Part shown: positions 1-7,322 of the stretch, piece after piece
Position numbering within the stretch: position 1 is the first letter of the stretch
Layout: each line of letters starts with the position of its first letter
Assembly (NCBI GenBank): GCA_031416315.1
Contig: JANOTL010000081.1
Coordinates: 1 to 15,518, forward strand
DNA length: 15,518 bases
Direction: 5' to 3'
From: Pseudomonadota bacterium
GTDB taxonomy: Bacteria > Bdellovibrionota_B > Oligoflexia > Oligoflexales > CAIYRB01
The notes under the pieces: generated by a model
Seen by the model: the letters and a program-made list of their open reading frames with translations, nothing else
Databases searched by the model: none
What the model was told of the DNA's origin: nothing
Made by a program: the position numbers and the translations under genes

Positions 1-47
1 TGTAGGCGGCTTTCGAGCGGCCTCGTCTCACTGTCGTCCGCTAGACA

Positions 48-88
48 GTTCGTTCGAGTTCGTTTGATGAACGTACAACGGGCGTACA
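48..88. repeat. Phased short direct repeats left of the att core (arm-type or Xis-type sites)
   Basis: GTTCGTTCGA (48-57) and GTTCGTTTGA (58-67) with a 10-bp period; CGTACA at 72-77 and 83-88 with an 11-bp period. Confidence 0.45.
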
Positions 89-97
89 TCGGACGCG

Positions 98-128
98 AAA
101 ACGGCCTGGGTTTGAGGCCCAAGCCGTT
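98..128 (-). terminator. Hairpin or intrinsic terminator downstream of the tRNA 3' end
   Basis: Minus strand reads AACGGCTTGGG-CCTCAAA-CCCAGGCCGTT-TT: an 11-bp stem with one G:U pair, ending in a short U run. Confidence 0.55.
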
Positions 129-132
129 GATA
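120..132 (-). promoter_or_regulatory. IHF binding consensus site
   Basis: Minus strand TATCAACGGCTTG matches WATCAANNNNTTR exactly. Confidence 0.55.
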
Positions 133-136
133 TTGT

Positions 137-181
137 TGGTAGCGGGGGACGGATTTGAACCGCCGATCTTCGGGTTATGAG
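137..181 (-). tRNA. 3' half of initiator tRNA-Met(CAT), truncated; att-site duplication rather than a full gene
   Basis: Minus strand CTCATAACCCGAAGATCGGCGGTTCAAATCCGTCCCCCGCTACCA gives the CAT anticodon loop, CCC anticodon-stem 3' strand, TTCAAAT T-loop typical of tRNA-fMet, and CCA end. Similarity stops at the anticodon loop; the D arm and 5' acceptor strand are missing. Confidence 0.92.
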
Positions 182-193
182 ATTCTTGAACAA

Positions 194-206
194 TATCAAG
201 TAGTTA
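194..206 (+). promoter_or_regulatory. IHF binding consensus site
   Basis: TATCAAGTAGTTA matches WATCAANNNNTTR exactly. It is part of an 11-bp inverted repeat (127-137 TTGATATTGTT / 189-199 AACAATATCAA) flanking the tRNA fragment. Confidence 0.6.
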
Positions 207-260
207 TGTGTGGTTGCTAAGAAATTCCTGTTTATCCACGCGGTTCGCTCTTGAGGAGCA

Positions 261-320
261 GTTCGGGGAAATTGGGGTGATTTCGGGCGATTTCGGGTGG
301 TGGTGGACCGGCGGTGGACC
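261..320 (+). repeat. att arm: four 10-bp phased repeats followed by a GGTGGACC pair
   Basis: GTTCGGGGAA / ATTGGGGTGA / TTTCGGGCGA / TTTCGGGTGG (261-300), then GGTGGACC at 302-309 and 313-320 (11-bp period). This resembles Xis-type and integrase arm-type sites. Confidence 0.6.
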
Positions 321-367
321 CTCTTTCTTTCGTGCCGAGTTGTCGGGCGCGGAGCCCGAGAGCGGTA

Positions 368-400
368 TCCAGTATGTCACGGAATGCGTGACTTACTGGA
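368..400. repeat. Long inverted repeat or hairpin downstream of abiEii
   Basis: TCCAGTA-T-GTCACG-GAATG-CGTGAC-T-TACTGGA: 13 of 14 stem positions pair, 5-nt loop, 25 nt past the abiEii stop; no clear U tract. Confidence 0.6.
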
Positions 401-425
401 GAGATGGCCGGGTGAACATCGCTCG

Positions 426-1271
426 TCAGACGCCCAACTGGAGCCCTTCTATATAGGTCAAAAGGTCAGCGAAGATGTCCTTAGCGTCTGGTAGACCGAG
501 CTGGGAAAAATTTCGCCGGCACGCGAGGCTCATCGCGGCGACGAACTCCTGATCTTCGAGAATAGATCGAATATCGGAAGTCGAGCACGTTGTGCTGCGG
601 TTGGCAAAGCACTCGCGGATTGCAGACGAGACCAGCGTCCGGTCTGTGTCGATCCGAATGAGTGACCACATGTCAACGAAGTCCTTGAAGCGCGAGTTAC
701 CGGTTCCGAATCGGACAGCGGTCTCGAGTTTCTCAGCGAAAATGAACTCAGGAGGATAAACCTTGAATGCAAGACTTTGTTCGTCGGATTGCATTAGGAA
801 GAGGTTTCGGAGTGCGACCTCCTGCTCGTTCACAATGTCGCCCGCGCAGACGTCGACTCTTAGCGCTTGCGAAGCCTGCTTTCGAAAAAATGTCCAACCG
901 ACCTCGAGCCGGTCGCCGCCATAGGGTGTTTCTCGTTCCATAGGCTCAGAAGTGACGCCGTCAAAACGGAATCCATCGTCGAGATCAACGAGCAACGCGC
1001 GTTCAAAGGTCTCCCTGACAGAGGCCATGGGCATTCCTTTCAGGAGCAGATCGATATCGACGGTATATCGAGGAATCGGCAGCGTCCGATACATCCGCAG
1101 GATCAAACTGCCGCCTTTCCAAACGAAGGCGCGGCCTGTGTCGATCGAGGATAAGCGAGCGAGAAACCGCTCCTGACTTAAAAGCAGCTGTGCCTGCGGC
1201 ATCGTCAGCTTGAGCGACTTTGCCAATTCCGCTAGTCGAGCTCGCATCTCCACTTCACGAGCTCTAGTCAT
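426..1271 (-). CDS. abiEii: AbiEii-family nucleotidyltransferase toxin (type IV TA / abortive infection)
   Basis: Motifs QERFLARL, KGGSL, RYTVDIDL, AEKLET and NSRFKDFVDM typical of AbiEii; 281 aa; ATGA overlap with the upstream antitoxin. Confidence 0.9.
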   Translation of the reverse strand: MTRAREVEMRARLAELAKSLKLTMPQAQLLLSQERFLARLSSIDTGRAFVWKGGSLILRMYRTLPIPRYTVDIDLLLKGMPMASVRETFERALLVDLDDGFRFDGVTSEPMERETPYGGDRLEVGWTFFRKQASQALRVDVCAGDIVNEQEVALRNLFLMQSDEQSLAFKVYPPEFIFAEKLETAVRFGTGNSRFKDFVDMWSLIRIDTDRTLVSSAIRECFANRSTTCSTSDIRSILEDQEFVAAMSLACRRNFSQLGLPDAKDIFADLLTYIEGLQLGV

Positions 1272-1843
1272 AGCAGCGCCTCGACGAGCACTTTGGCGCG
1301 TCCCTTGATGCGGAAGTCTGCGGCGATTCTCGTCAACTCCGTGGCGCTAGGGCGCAGGCGCTTTCTCTGTGCCAGGCGGAAGATCTCAATCAATTGAGAC
1401 AACGGAGTGCCGTTTCTAAGTAGATCGATAAGCGTTTGCTCCACGCTTGTTACCGGTATTCCCTTGATAGTTTTCGTTCGGATTCGCTGAATGTCGCCCC
1501 GCACTCTATGAAGGGTGACTTCAGACAGCTTTCGTTTTGGAGCATTCCGATCGGGAACGAAAATTTCGATGTTGCCAGGCAGCTCGTCGGTTAGGCCGTG
1601 AAGGAGGAGTGCCGTTTGTAAGCCGATGATTCCTTGTGGAACGACAGCTAGCTTTTCGGCGATCATGCCAACCAGGTCGGTCGGTTCTGAGCCCGGAAAA
1701 GCATAGAGGCCTTGTCCCCTGCGCTCGATGGCGCCTTTGCGGACGAGATAACTCATCATTGCTGGCGAGACACCGGCGGATTGAGCGTCCCTAGCCGTAA
1801 ATAGCTGTTTTTTTAGTGTTTTTAGCTTGCGCTCGGAATCCAT
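1268..1843 (-). CDS. abiEi: AbiEi-family antitoxin / transcriptional regulator
   Basis: N-terminal wHTH (FTARDAQSAGVS...LVRKGAIERRGQGLY) plus TALLLHGLTDELP and PVTSVEQTLIDLL. ATG 1843 is preferred because TATAAT lies just upstream; the ORF is open to 1864. Confidence 0.88.
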   Translation of the reverse strand: MDSERKLKTLKKQLFTARDAQSAGVSPAMMSYLVRKGAIERRGQGLYAFPGSEPTDLVGMIAEKLAVVPQGIIGLQTALLLHGLTDELPGNIEIFVPDRNAPKRKLSEVTLHRVRGDIQRIRTKTIKGIPVTSVEQTLIDLLRNGTPLSQLIEIFRLAQRKRLRPSATELTRIAADFRIKGRAKVLVEALL

Positions 1844-1856
1844 AATTAAAATTATA
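1842..1856 (-). promoter_or_regulatory. -10 box of a probable leaderless abiEi promoter, inside a short AT-rich inverted repeat
   Basis: Minus strand TATAAT-TTTAATT-ATG with no Shine-Dalgarno sequence; ATAAT-TAAA-ATTAT inverted repeat at 1842-1855. Confidence 0.5.
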
Positions 1857-1896
1857 GGACGCATTGAGATGGATTGCGACCTATTTCTTTAAGGTG

Positions 1897-3087
1897 CTAG
1901 AGCAGCGTTCGGTGCGGTGTCGAGTAGCCCGATCGCATTGCTGCCAGGACAGCATGAGGATCGATACGCCCCTTATAGCTAACGATGCGCGCTTCGGGAG
2001 GAAAGGCATTCTGGCCAGCGCCCAATCTTTCGTCGATGCAAAGAATCATGCGCGTCGCATCGATCCGGCGCAGGGTTTCGACTTTGTGACGCAGATAAGC
2101 GGTCGTCCAGTATCCGACGATCTCGAGGAGCCAATCGGGCTCGCCGCCGGTTCGATGATGGATCGCAAAATCAGGAAAGATCAACGAGCCGCCGGCGCGA
2201 AGTGGCTTTGGTTCGCGAATCAGGTCGAAGTCGTTCGTCGCGCGGGTAAAATCGCGTGCGAATTGCCGCTCGACCTTGCTATCAAACGGCTTGACGCTCA
2301 CTTTCGGGAAGATGGGGTCGCCGTTCCTAATGACATATGAGCGCCGATCCTCGGCGCTCGGCACAACCACGGTCATTGCGAAGCGGTCGCACCCCGCCAG
2401 AAAGGGTACGACTTCGGCAAGCGATGTGCCATAGACCCGCGAATGTCGAAAGAGCTCCAAAGGCCCTGAGAGGCCGATCGAAGCTTGATAGTCTTCTTGT
2501 CCATCCGGTGCCGCGATCGTAGAAATGAGCCCTCGGAGCTTGGCTTGGCGAATGACCGGCCTGACGTGCCCGGTTACCAGAAGCTCGATCCGTTCAGATT
2601 TCATGACGAGGCGTCGAACGAGGGTGCTGTTCGCAGCGAGCATGATGTCGGAAAAGCACGGTTCAGTGATGGGTTCTTCGAGTCGACGTTCGTTTGGGAA
2701 GTCAGCAAACAGCATTCGGTCAAATCCCGAGACGTCCGAAAGGTTTGACTCGGCGCAAACTCGGGTGACTAGCGCTGAGCGGCGCAACCCGAGTTCTTCA
2801 CCTGCAAATACCGCCCCGTCCGACAGTTCGAACGCTCGACGTCTCAGCGCGAGAATTGTTTTTCGCGGATACGCAACGCTCGCTTTGAAGGTTTCATCGA
2901 GCGCTGCCGCTGCATACTTGAGCTTATGCCGTGGACAATAGTAGGGCAACGGTTCTTGCAGTCGACGCTTAAGCTGTCTGACGCTGCACCCGACGAGGCG
3001 ATAATACTCCGTCACGAGCGACATGACCCAAGGCTCGTCGCGTCCATCAATGTACTGAGGTGTTAGCGCCGCCGGCCCGGTCGCCAT
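1897..3087 (-). CDS. DUF790-family (Bax1-like) putative PD-(D/E)xK endonuclease
   Basis: LSGPLELF...YGTSLA, FDSKVERQFA, REPKPL, FPDF and LLEIVGYWTTAYL motifs. Start ATG 3087 has an AAGGAG RBS; the ORF track start at 3171 overlaps the helicase more deeply. Confidence 0.82.
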   Translation of the reverse strand: MATGPAALTPQYIDGRDEPWVMSLVTEYYRLVGCSVRQLKRRLQEPLPYYCPRHKLKYAAAALDETFKASVAYPRKTILALRRRAFELSDGAVFAGEELGLRRSALVTRVCAESNLSDVSGFDRMLFADFPNERRLEEPITEPCFSDIMLAANSTLVRRLVMKSERIELLVTGHVRPVIRQAKLRGLISTIAAPDGQEDYQASIGLSGPLELFRHSRVYGTSLAEVVPFLAGCDRFAMTVVVPSAEDRRSYVIRNGDPIFPKVSVKPFDSKVERQFARDFTRATNDFDLIREPKPLRAGGSLIFPDFAIHHRTGGEPDWLLEIVGYWTTAYLRHKVETLRRIDATRMILCIDERLGAGQNAFPPEARIVSYKGRIDPHAVLAAMRSGYSTPHRTLL

Positions 3088-4465
3088 AAGACTCCTTTCG
3101 CTTTCCTTCGAAAGCACGGCCGCGTCGTCGCGACTGCTGAACTTCGATCGTATCAGCCGCCAAAAGTTCATAAACGACCGCGCGCTTGTCAGGTGCCGGA
3201 CGGAGAACCCGCCCTATACGCTGGATGTGCTCCCGGGCAGCGCTCGATCCGCCGACGACAATGGCGACTTCCGCATCCGAGACATCGAGACCCTCGTTCA
3301 AGACTTTGCACGACACGATGGTTCGGAGTTTCCCAGAGCGAAATGCCGCCAGCACGGCATCGCGCTCAACCTTGCCGACATCTGCCGTGATCGGCGCAAT
3401 CAAAAGAGTCCGAGAAATATGCAGCGCGGTAGCGGCGTCGGCTGTAAAAATGAGTTTCTTCTGACCGGCATGACGGTCGAGCAATTGCACGAGCAGCTCA
3501 CGTTTTTTTGTCGTGAAGCAAAGCATGCGCCGCGCCCGATGATGCGCAGCCATAGCGGTGCGTCCTTCCGGAGATTGCATCGCAATCCGCACGAATGTTT
3601 CCCATGGTGAATTCGGGCAGGCGCTAACAAAGGCCGTTCGATACTTCTGAAAGACTCCGTAGTCACTTTCGTAGGCCTGCCGCTCGGCCGGTGTCAATGG
3701 CAGGTGCAGACAGGCGAGATCGAAATCGGCGAGGACTGTTCCCGCAAGGTCTGCGAGTTTCTGCTCAAAGACGATTGGGCCAATCAAGCTCGAGAGGGCT
3801 CCTGCCTTCGCCTCGTCAACGGTCGCGGAGAGCCCAAGGCGAAACGGCGCAACTGAGGACTCCAATGCTTCGTCACGCATCGCATCGCCGAAATGGTGTG
3901 CTTCGTCGACTATTAGGAGGTCGAACCGATTGCCAAGCCACCATCCACCCCGGAAAGCGCTTTCAAAGGTCGCAACTGTAATCCCTTGAATGTCGCGTTC
4001 GCCGTCTCCAAAACGACCGATTGGTCCGTCATAAAACTCCTTGATGGCCTTGACCCACTGATGGAGGAGAACACGTGTAGGGACGAGACAAAGGGTCGCT
4101 CGTCGAGACCTCTGCATCGCAGCCAACGCGACCCGGGTCTTGCCGGCGCCGGTCGGGAGGCAAACGAGACCGCGACCGCCGGCTGACCTCCAGGCCAGCA
4201 GCGCGGCTTCCTGGTATGTCCGGAGCTCAGGCGACGTCCAATGACCGGCCGGTGTCTCCGAGTTTCGGACCATGTCTCGGACTGAGCCGAACGAATCACG
4301 AAGGCGCTTTGCGAGAGCAATGTAGTGGTGAGCGGGGGCCCGCCAAACGCTTTCACGTGGATCCCATGTCATGATGTCGGCGAGTTTCTCGGCGGACTCC
4401 TGGGATATCCCGTCGACGATGATGGTTCCACGGTCGAATTCAATTGAAGGTGTTGTCTCGTGCAT
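3047..4465 (-). CDS. XPB/Rad25 (SSL2)-like superfamily 2 DEAH helicase
   Basis: Q motif LRTYQ, Walker A PTGAGKT, DEAHH, SAT, VLNEGLDV and QRIGRVLR; N-terminal WDPR..WRAPA segment typical of XPB-like proteins. Start uncertain (4465 or up to 4507). Confidence 0.88.
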   Translation of the reverse strand: MHETTPSIEFDRGTIIVDGISQESAEKLADIMTWDPRESVWRAPAHHYIALAKRLRDSFGSVRDMVRNSETPAGHWTSPELRTYQEAALLAWRSAGGRGLVCLPTGAGKTRVALAAMQRSRRATLCLVPTRVLLHQWVKAIKEFYDGPIGRFGDGERDIQGITVATFESAFRGGWWLGNRFDLLIVDEAHHFGDAMRDEALESSVAPFRLGLSATVDEAKAGALSSLIGPIVFEQKLADLAGTVLADFDLACLHLPLTPAERQAYESDYGVFQKYRTAFVSACPNSPWETFVRIAMQSPEGRTAMAAHHRARRMLCFTTKKRELLVQLLDRHAGQKKLIFTADAATALHISRTLLIAPITADVGKVERDAVLAAFRSGKLRTIVSCKVLNEGLDVSDAEVAIVVGGSSAAREHIQRIGRVLRPAPDKRAVVYELLAADTIEVQQSRRRGRAFEGKRKESYGDRAGGANTSVH

Positions 4466-5008
4466 TCGCAAGACATAGGCGAGCCGCGACGGCATGTCGC
4501 ATGACATCTGATGTCTGCGGACTCAGCTGTGCTGATCGCCTTTAGCTCGCCAAGTCCAACAACGGACCGGCCGAAGCTGCGATTTCGGGCGGCCTCCTTA
4601 AATATAGGTCCCTCAGCAATGCTGACCGGCTTGAAATAATGTTCCGTGAGGTCGCGGAGAAGGACCCCAGCGTCACGAAAGATCAGTTCTTGGGGATGAT
4701 TTTGGACGGAGCAATGTCGCCTATGCGTGGGCGGAGACCAAGGAAAGAGGACCAAGCCTCAGCTAACTAACCGCGAGGGAGGGGGGGGCGTTGCATCCCC
4801 TTTCCTTCAAAAAATGCCTTACGGAAGCCGTGCTTTCGCAGCGAATATTCCAGCTGCCGCCGCCTTCGCTCGGACAATACAAACGACTTTCTACGTCGGA
4901 CTTGATCGCTGATAGGCTTGGCTTAAGGCCAACAAGTTGGAGAACCTCTGTTCACGGCCAATTGATTTCGTGAGACGCCCATTCGCAGAAAAAGCCCAGA
5001 GATAATCT

Positions 5009-5830
5009 CTAGCGACAAACGCCGATGCTCCCCGCGAAGCTGCCGTCCTCGCGATACGTCACACGCAGCTCGCAGCCTGTAGGCGTGGTCCACTCGCCTT
5101 GAGCGACCCACTCGCGACCGCCGGCGGAACTCTGCAGCCGTAACGATCCCTTCTCGAACGGCATCTCACCGCTCGTAAAGCCTTGCTGCGCCAGACCCTG
5201 CTCCCACCCTGACTCCATCGCATTGAATGCCGGCGTGCCTTCGGCGTGCTCGGCCTCGAGCGTCCACTCCTGGACTGGCACCCAACGGCTTGCCGTGTCG
5301 ACGGCGGGTGGCGCGATGGATGGGGGCGGTGTTCCAGCGATCAAGGCCTCGGTGAGCGGTATCAACTCCGAATGGAGCTCGAGGCTGTGCTGCGCCAAGC
5401 TGAGCACGTCCCCGTCGGCAGTGATGAAGGCCACAAGGGGTAGGGTTCGTCCGTTGGGAGGAAGGAGCTTATCGAAGCGCCGCCAGCCGCCGTCGAGCGT
5501 AAGCGGAAATTCCGGCCGCACTCCGTGCCCATCGGCGAACGCCGCGGCGGCCCGCGGATCGGGTGCGGCTCCGCGTTCCTCGCCCTCGACGAGGTAGCCC
5601 ATGACCTGAACACGGCCGAGGTATAACCCCTGCAGCGTGTTGAAAAGGGGCACCTCATGTCGACATGGTTTGCACCATGCCGCCGAGAACACGAGAACTG
5701 CCGGTTGCGACGCAGCAAGCCCGAAGTCCGACCGGTCGATGCGCGGTGGCGCAGCGCCAGCTTGGTCGTCGATCCGGCCGTAGCAACCGAGAGCTCCGGC
5801 GAGAAGTAGCCCCAGAAGCGCCAGCTTCAC
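5009..5830 (-). CDS. TlpA/thioredoxin-like lipoprotein with a C-terminal domain carrying two Cys
   Basis: Lipobox ALG-C, FSAAWCKPC active site, TLP cis-Pro loop, Pro-rich linker, C-terminal GC...VCR; GTG start overlaps the upstream stop (GTGA). Confidence 0.8.
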   Translation of the reverse strand: MKLALLGLLLAGALGCYGRIDDQAGAAPPRIDRSDFGLAASQPAVLVFSAAWCKPCRHEVPLFNTLQGLYLGRVQVMGYLVEGEERGAAPDPRAAAAFADGHGVRPEFPLTLDGGWRRFDKLLPPNGRTLPLVAFITADGDVLSLAQHSLELHSELIPLTEALIAGTPPPSIAPPAVDTASRWVPVQEWTLEAEHAEGTPAFNAMESGWEQGLAQQGFTSGEMPFEKGSLRLQSSAGGREWVAQGEWTTPTGCELRVTYREDGSFAGSIGVCR

Positions 5831-7296
5831 GGCGTTTCGGCTCCCGCGCGCTTATGAGCCAGACCCGGCTGCGTATCGCCGGAGCGAAGCCGAGCTTGAA
5901 GTTCCGCATACGCCTCGTTCGTATGGGCTTTGTGGCTGGGGATCAACGCAGTGTTAGCATCGTCGTGGGCACGACGCGCTTGCAGCGCAGCGATTACATG
6001 AGGCCGGTTTTCGCCGGCCGCCTCCGTCGCGAGCGCATCGTTCACTTTCGCTTGTCTGGAGGGGAGCTCCCCGAAGTACTTGTCGAAGGATTTGCTCCAG
6101 TCGTCATTAGCCTTGCCCGCCCAAACGGCGGCCCCTTCGAGATCACCGGCGGCAAGGTGCAAACGCACTAGCGCCGCATACGGAGCCTCGGACGCGAGCA
6201 GTGCTGGGTCGTTCTCGATCGCGGTTGCCCGAGCTAGCGCCGTTTCCTTATCGAGGGATCCGGCATGGAGGCCCAGTACCGCGCACACGATGCCCCGTAT
6301 GCTCGCCTTTTGGGGGGAGTCGCCCGGCTGTCCGGCGAAACCGTCCCGCGCGATCTCCTCGCAACGGGCGGCGCCAGCCGCCAAGCCCTTTTCCAAGCTG
6401 ACCCGGTGCACTTCACTGCGCAGAGCGGCGTCATAGACGGCGCGATACTGCGAACCCGGCGTAGCATTGGCCTTGGCGGCTGCCTGGCTCAAACGCTGGC
6501 GGGCGTCTTCGGCCGTCAGTTTGCCTGTCGCCACGAGCAGGGGGGTGACGTATCCAGTCACGGACCAGATGTCGATCGTGGTCGACGGCGTACCGGCGGC
6601 GCTCATGGCTGCAATGTCGGCTTCGAGCTCGGCCAGGAACGCATCGACTTCGGCGACCGTGCCGGTGAGCGCCAAATCGAGGGCGCGGCTGACGGCGGCA
6701 TAATACGTGCGCTTGCCGATGGACGTGTCGAATTCGATCTGGATGGTTTTGCCCTCGGCGTAGCGCTTCGCATAGAGCTGCGTAAGCGACCCCTCATCAG
6801 CAAAAGTAGCGAGCGTCTCTTGTAGGAGGCCGACGGTGTCTTCGACCTGGCCGCCAGTCGAGTAAGAGGTCCAGCGCTCGTTCTTTGGGTGGTAGAAGAA
6901 ATAGATTGGAAAATAGACGCCTTCCGTTGGCAGAAAGTCATTGAGCGCCGAGCGCTCGAAGAAGACTTCGTCCAGAATGAGCACTTCATAACGCTGAAGC
7001 GTCGGGACCAGCCGCTCTTTTCCTGCGGCCAGCGCCTCGTTTAGTGCGAAACAAGGAGAGCACCATGCGCCCGTCATCCGCAGAAGAAGCGGCTTCCCGG
7101 AGGCACGGGAGCGGGCTATTGCCGCATCGACGAGCTGGCGTTGGGCGGTTTTAAAGCCAGGCTCCAACAGGCCTAGTGAGCCCACACGCGGTGCGTCTTC
7201 GCGGGGCACTTCCTTTTTCGTTGTCGACTTTGAGCAGGCCAAGGTGCCTGAGAGGCACAGAGCCATTAGGGCCAGGGTCAGTGATCTCTGAATCAT
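5827..7296 (-). CDS. Thioredoxin-fold lipoprotein with a long helical (TPR-like) C-terminal region
   Basis: Lipobox TLA-C, GKPLLLRMTGAWCSPC, YFP cis-Pro loop and an Ala/Leu-rich helical tail with two further Cys. ATG 7296 is preferred; TTG 7326 overlapping the upstream stop is possible. Confidence 0.75.
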   Translation of the reverse strand: MIQRSLTLALMALCLSGTLACSKSTTKKEVPREDAPRVGSLGLLEPGFKTAQRQLVDAAIARSRASGKPLLLRMTGAWCSPCFALNEALAAGKERLVPTLQRYEVLILDEVFFERSALNDFLPTEGVYFPIYFFYHPKNERWTSYSTGGQVEDTVGLLQETLATFADEGSLTQLYAKRYAEGKTIQIEFDTSIGKRTYYAAVSRALDLALTGTVAEVDAFLAELEADIAAMSAAGTPSTTIDIWSVTGYVTPLLVATGKLTAEDARQRLSQAAAKANATPGSQYRAVYDAALRSEVHRVSLEKGLAAGAARCEEIARDGFAGQPGDSPQKASIRGIVCAVLGLHAGSLDKETALARATAIENDPALLASEAPYAALVRLHLAAGDLEGAAVWAGKANDDWSKSFDKYFGELPSRQAKVNDALATEAAGENRPHVIAALQARRAHDDANTALIPSHKAHTNEAYAELQARLRSGDTQPGLAHKRAGAETP

Positions 7297-7322
7297 GTTT
7301 CGTTTCCCAAGAGTTATGCGGT

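Noticed and set aside
137..181. Complete functional tRNA-Met gene
   Set aside because: Only the anticodon loop to CCA is present; the upstream sequence cannot form the D arm or 5' acceptor strand.
208..494. Two short plus-strand ORFs (82 and 65 aa)
   Set aside because: They run over the att arm repeats and hairpin, start at GTG with no convincing RBS, and have no recognisable motif.
3088..3171. N-terminal extension of the DUF790 protein
   Set aside because: It overlaps the helicase C-terminal coding region, and ATG 3087 has a strong RBS.
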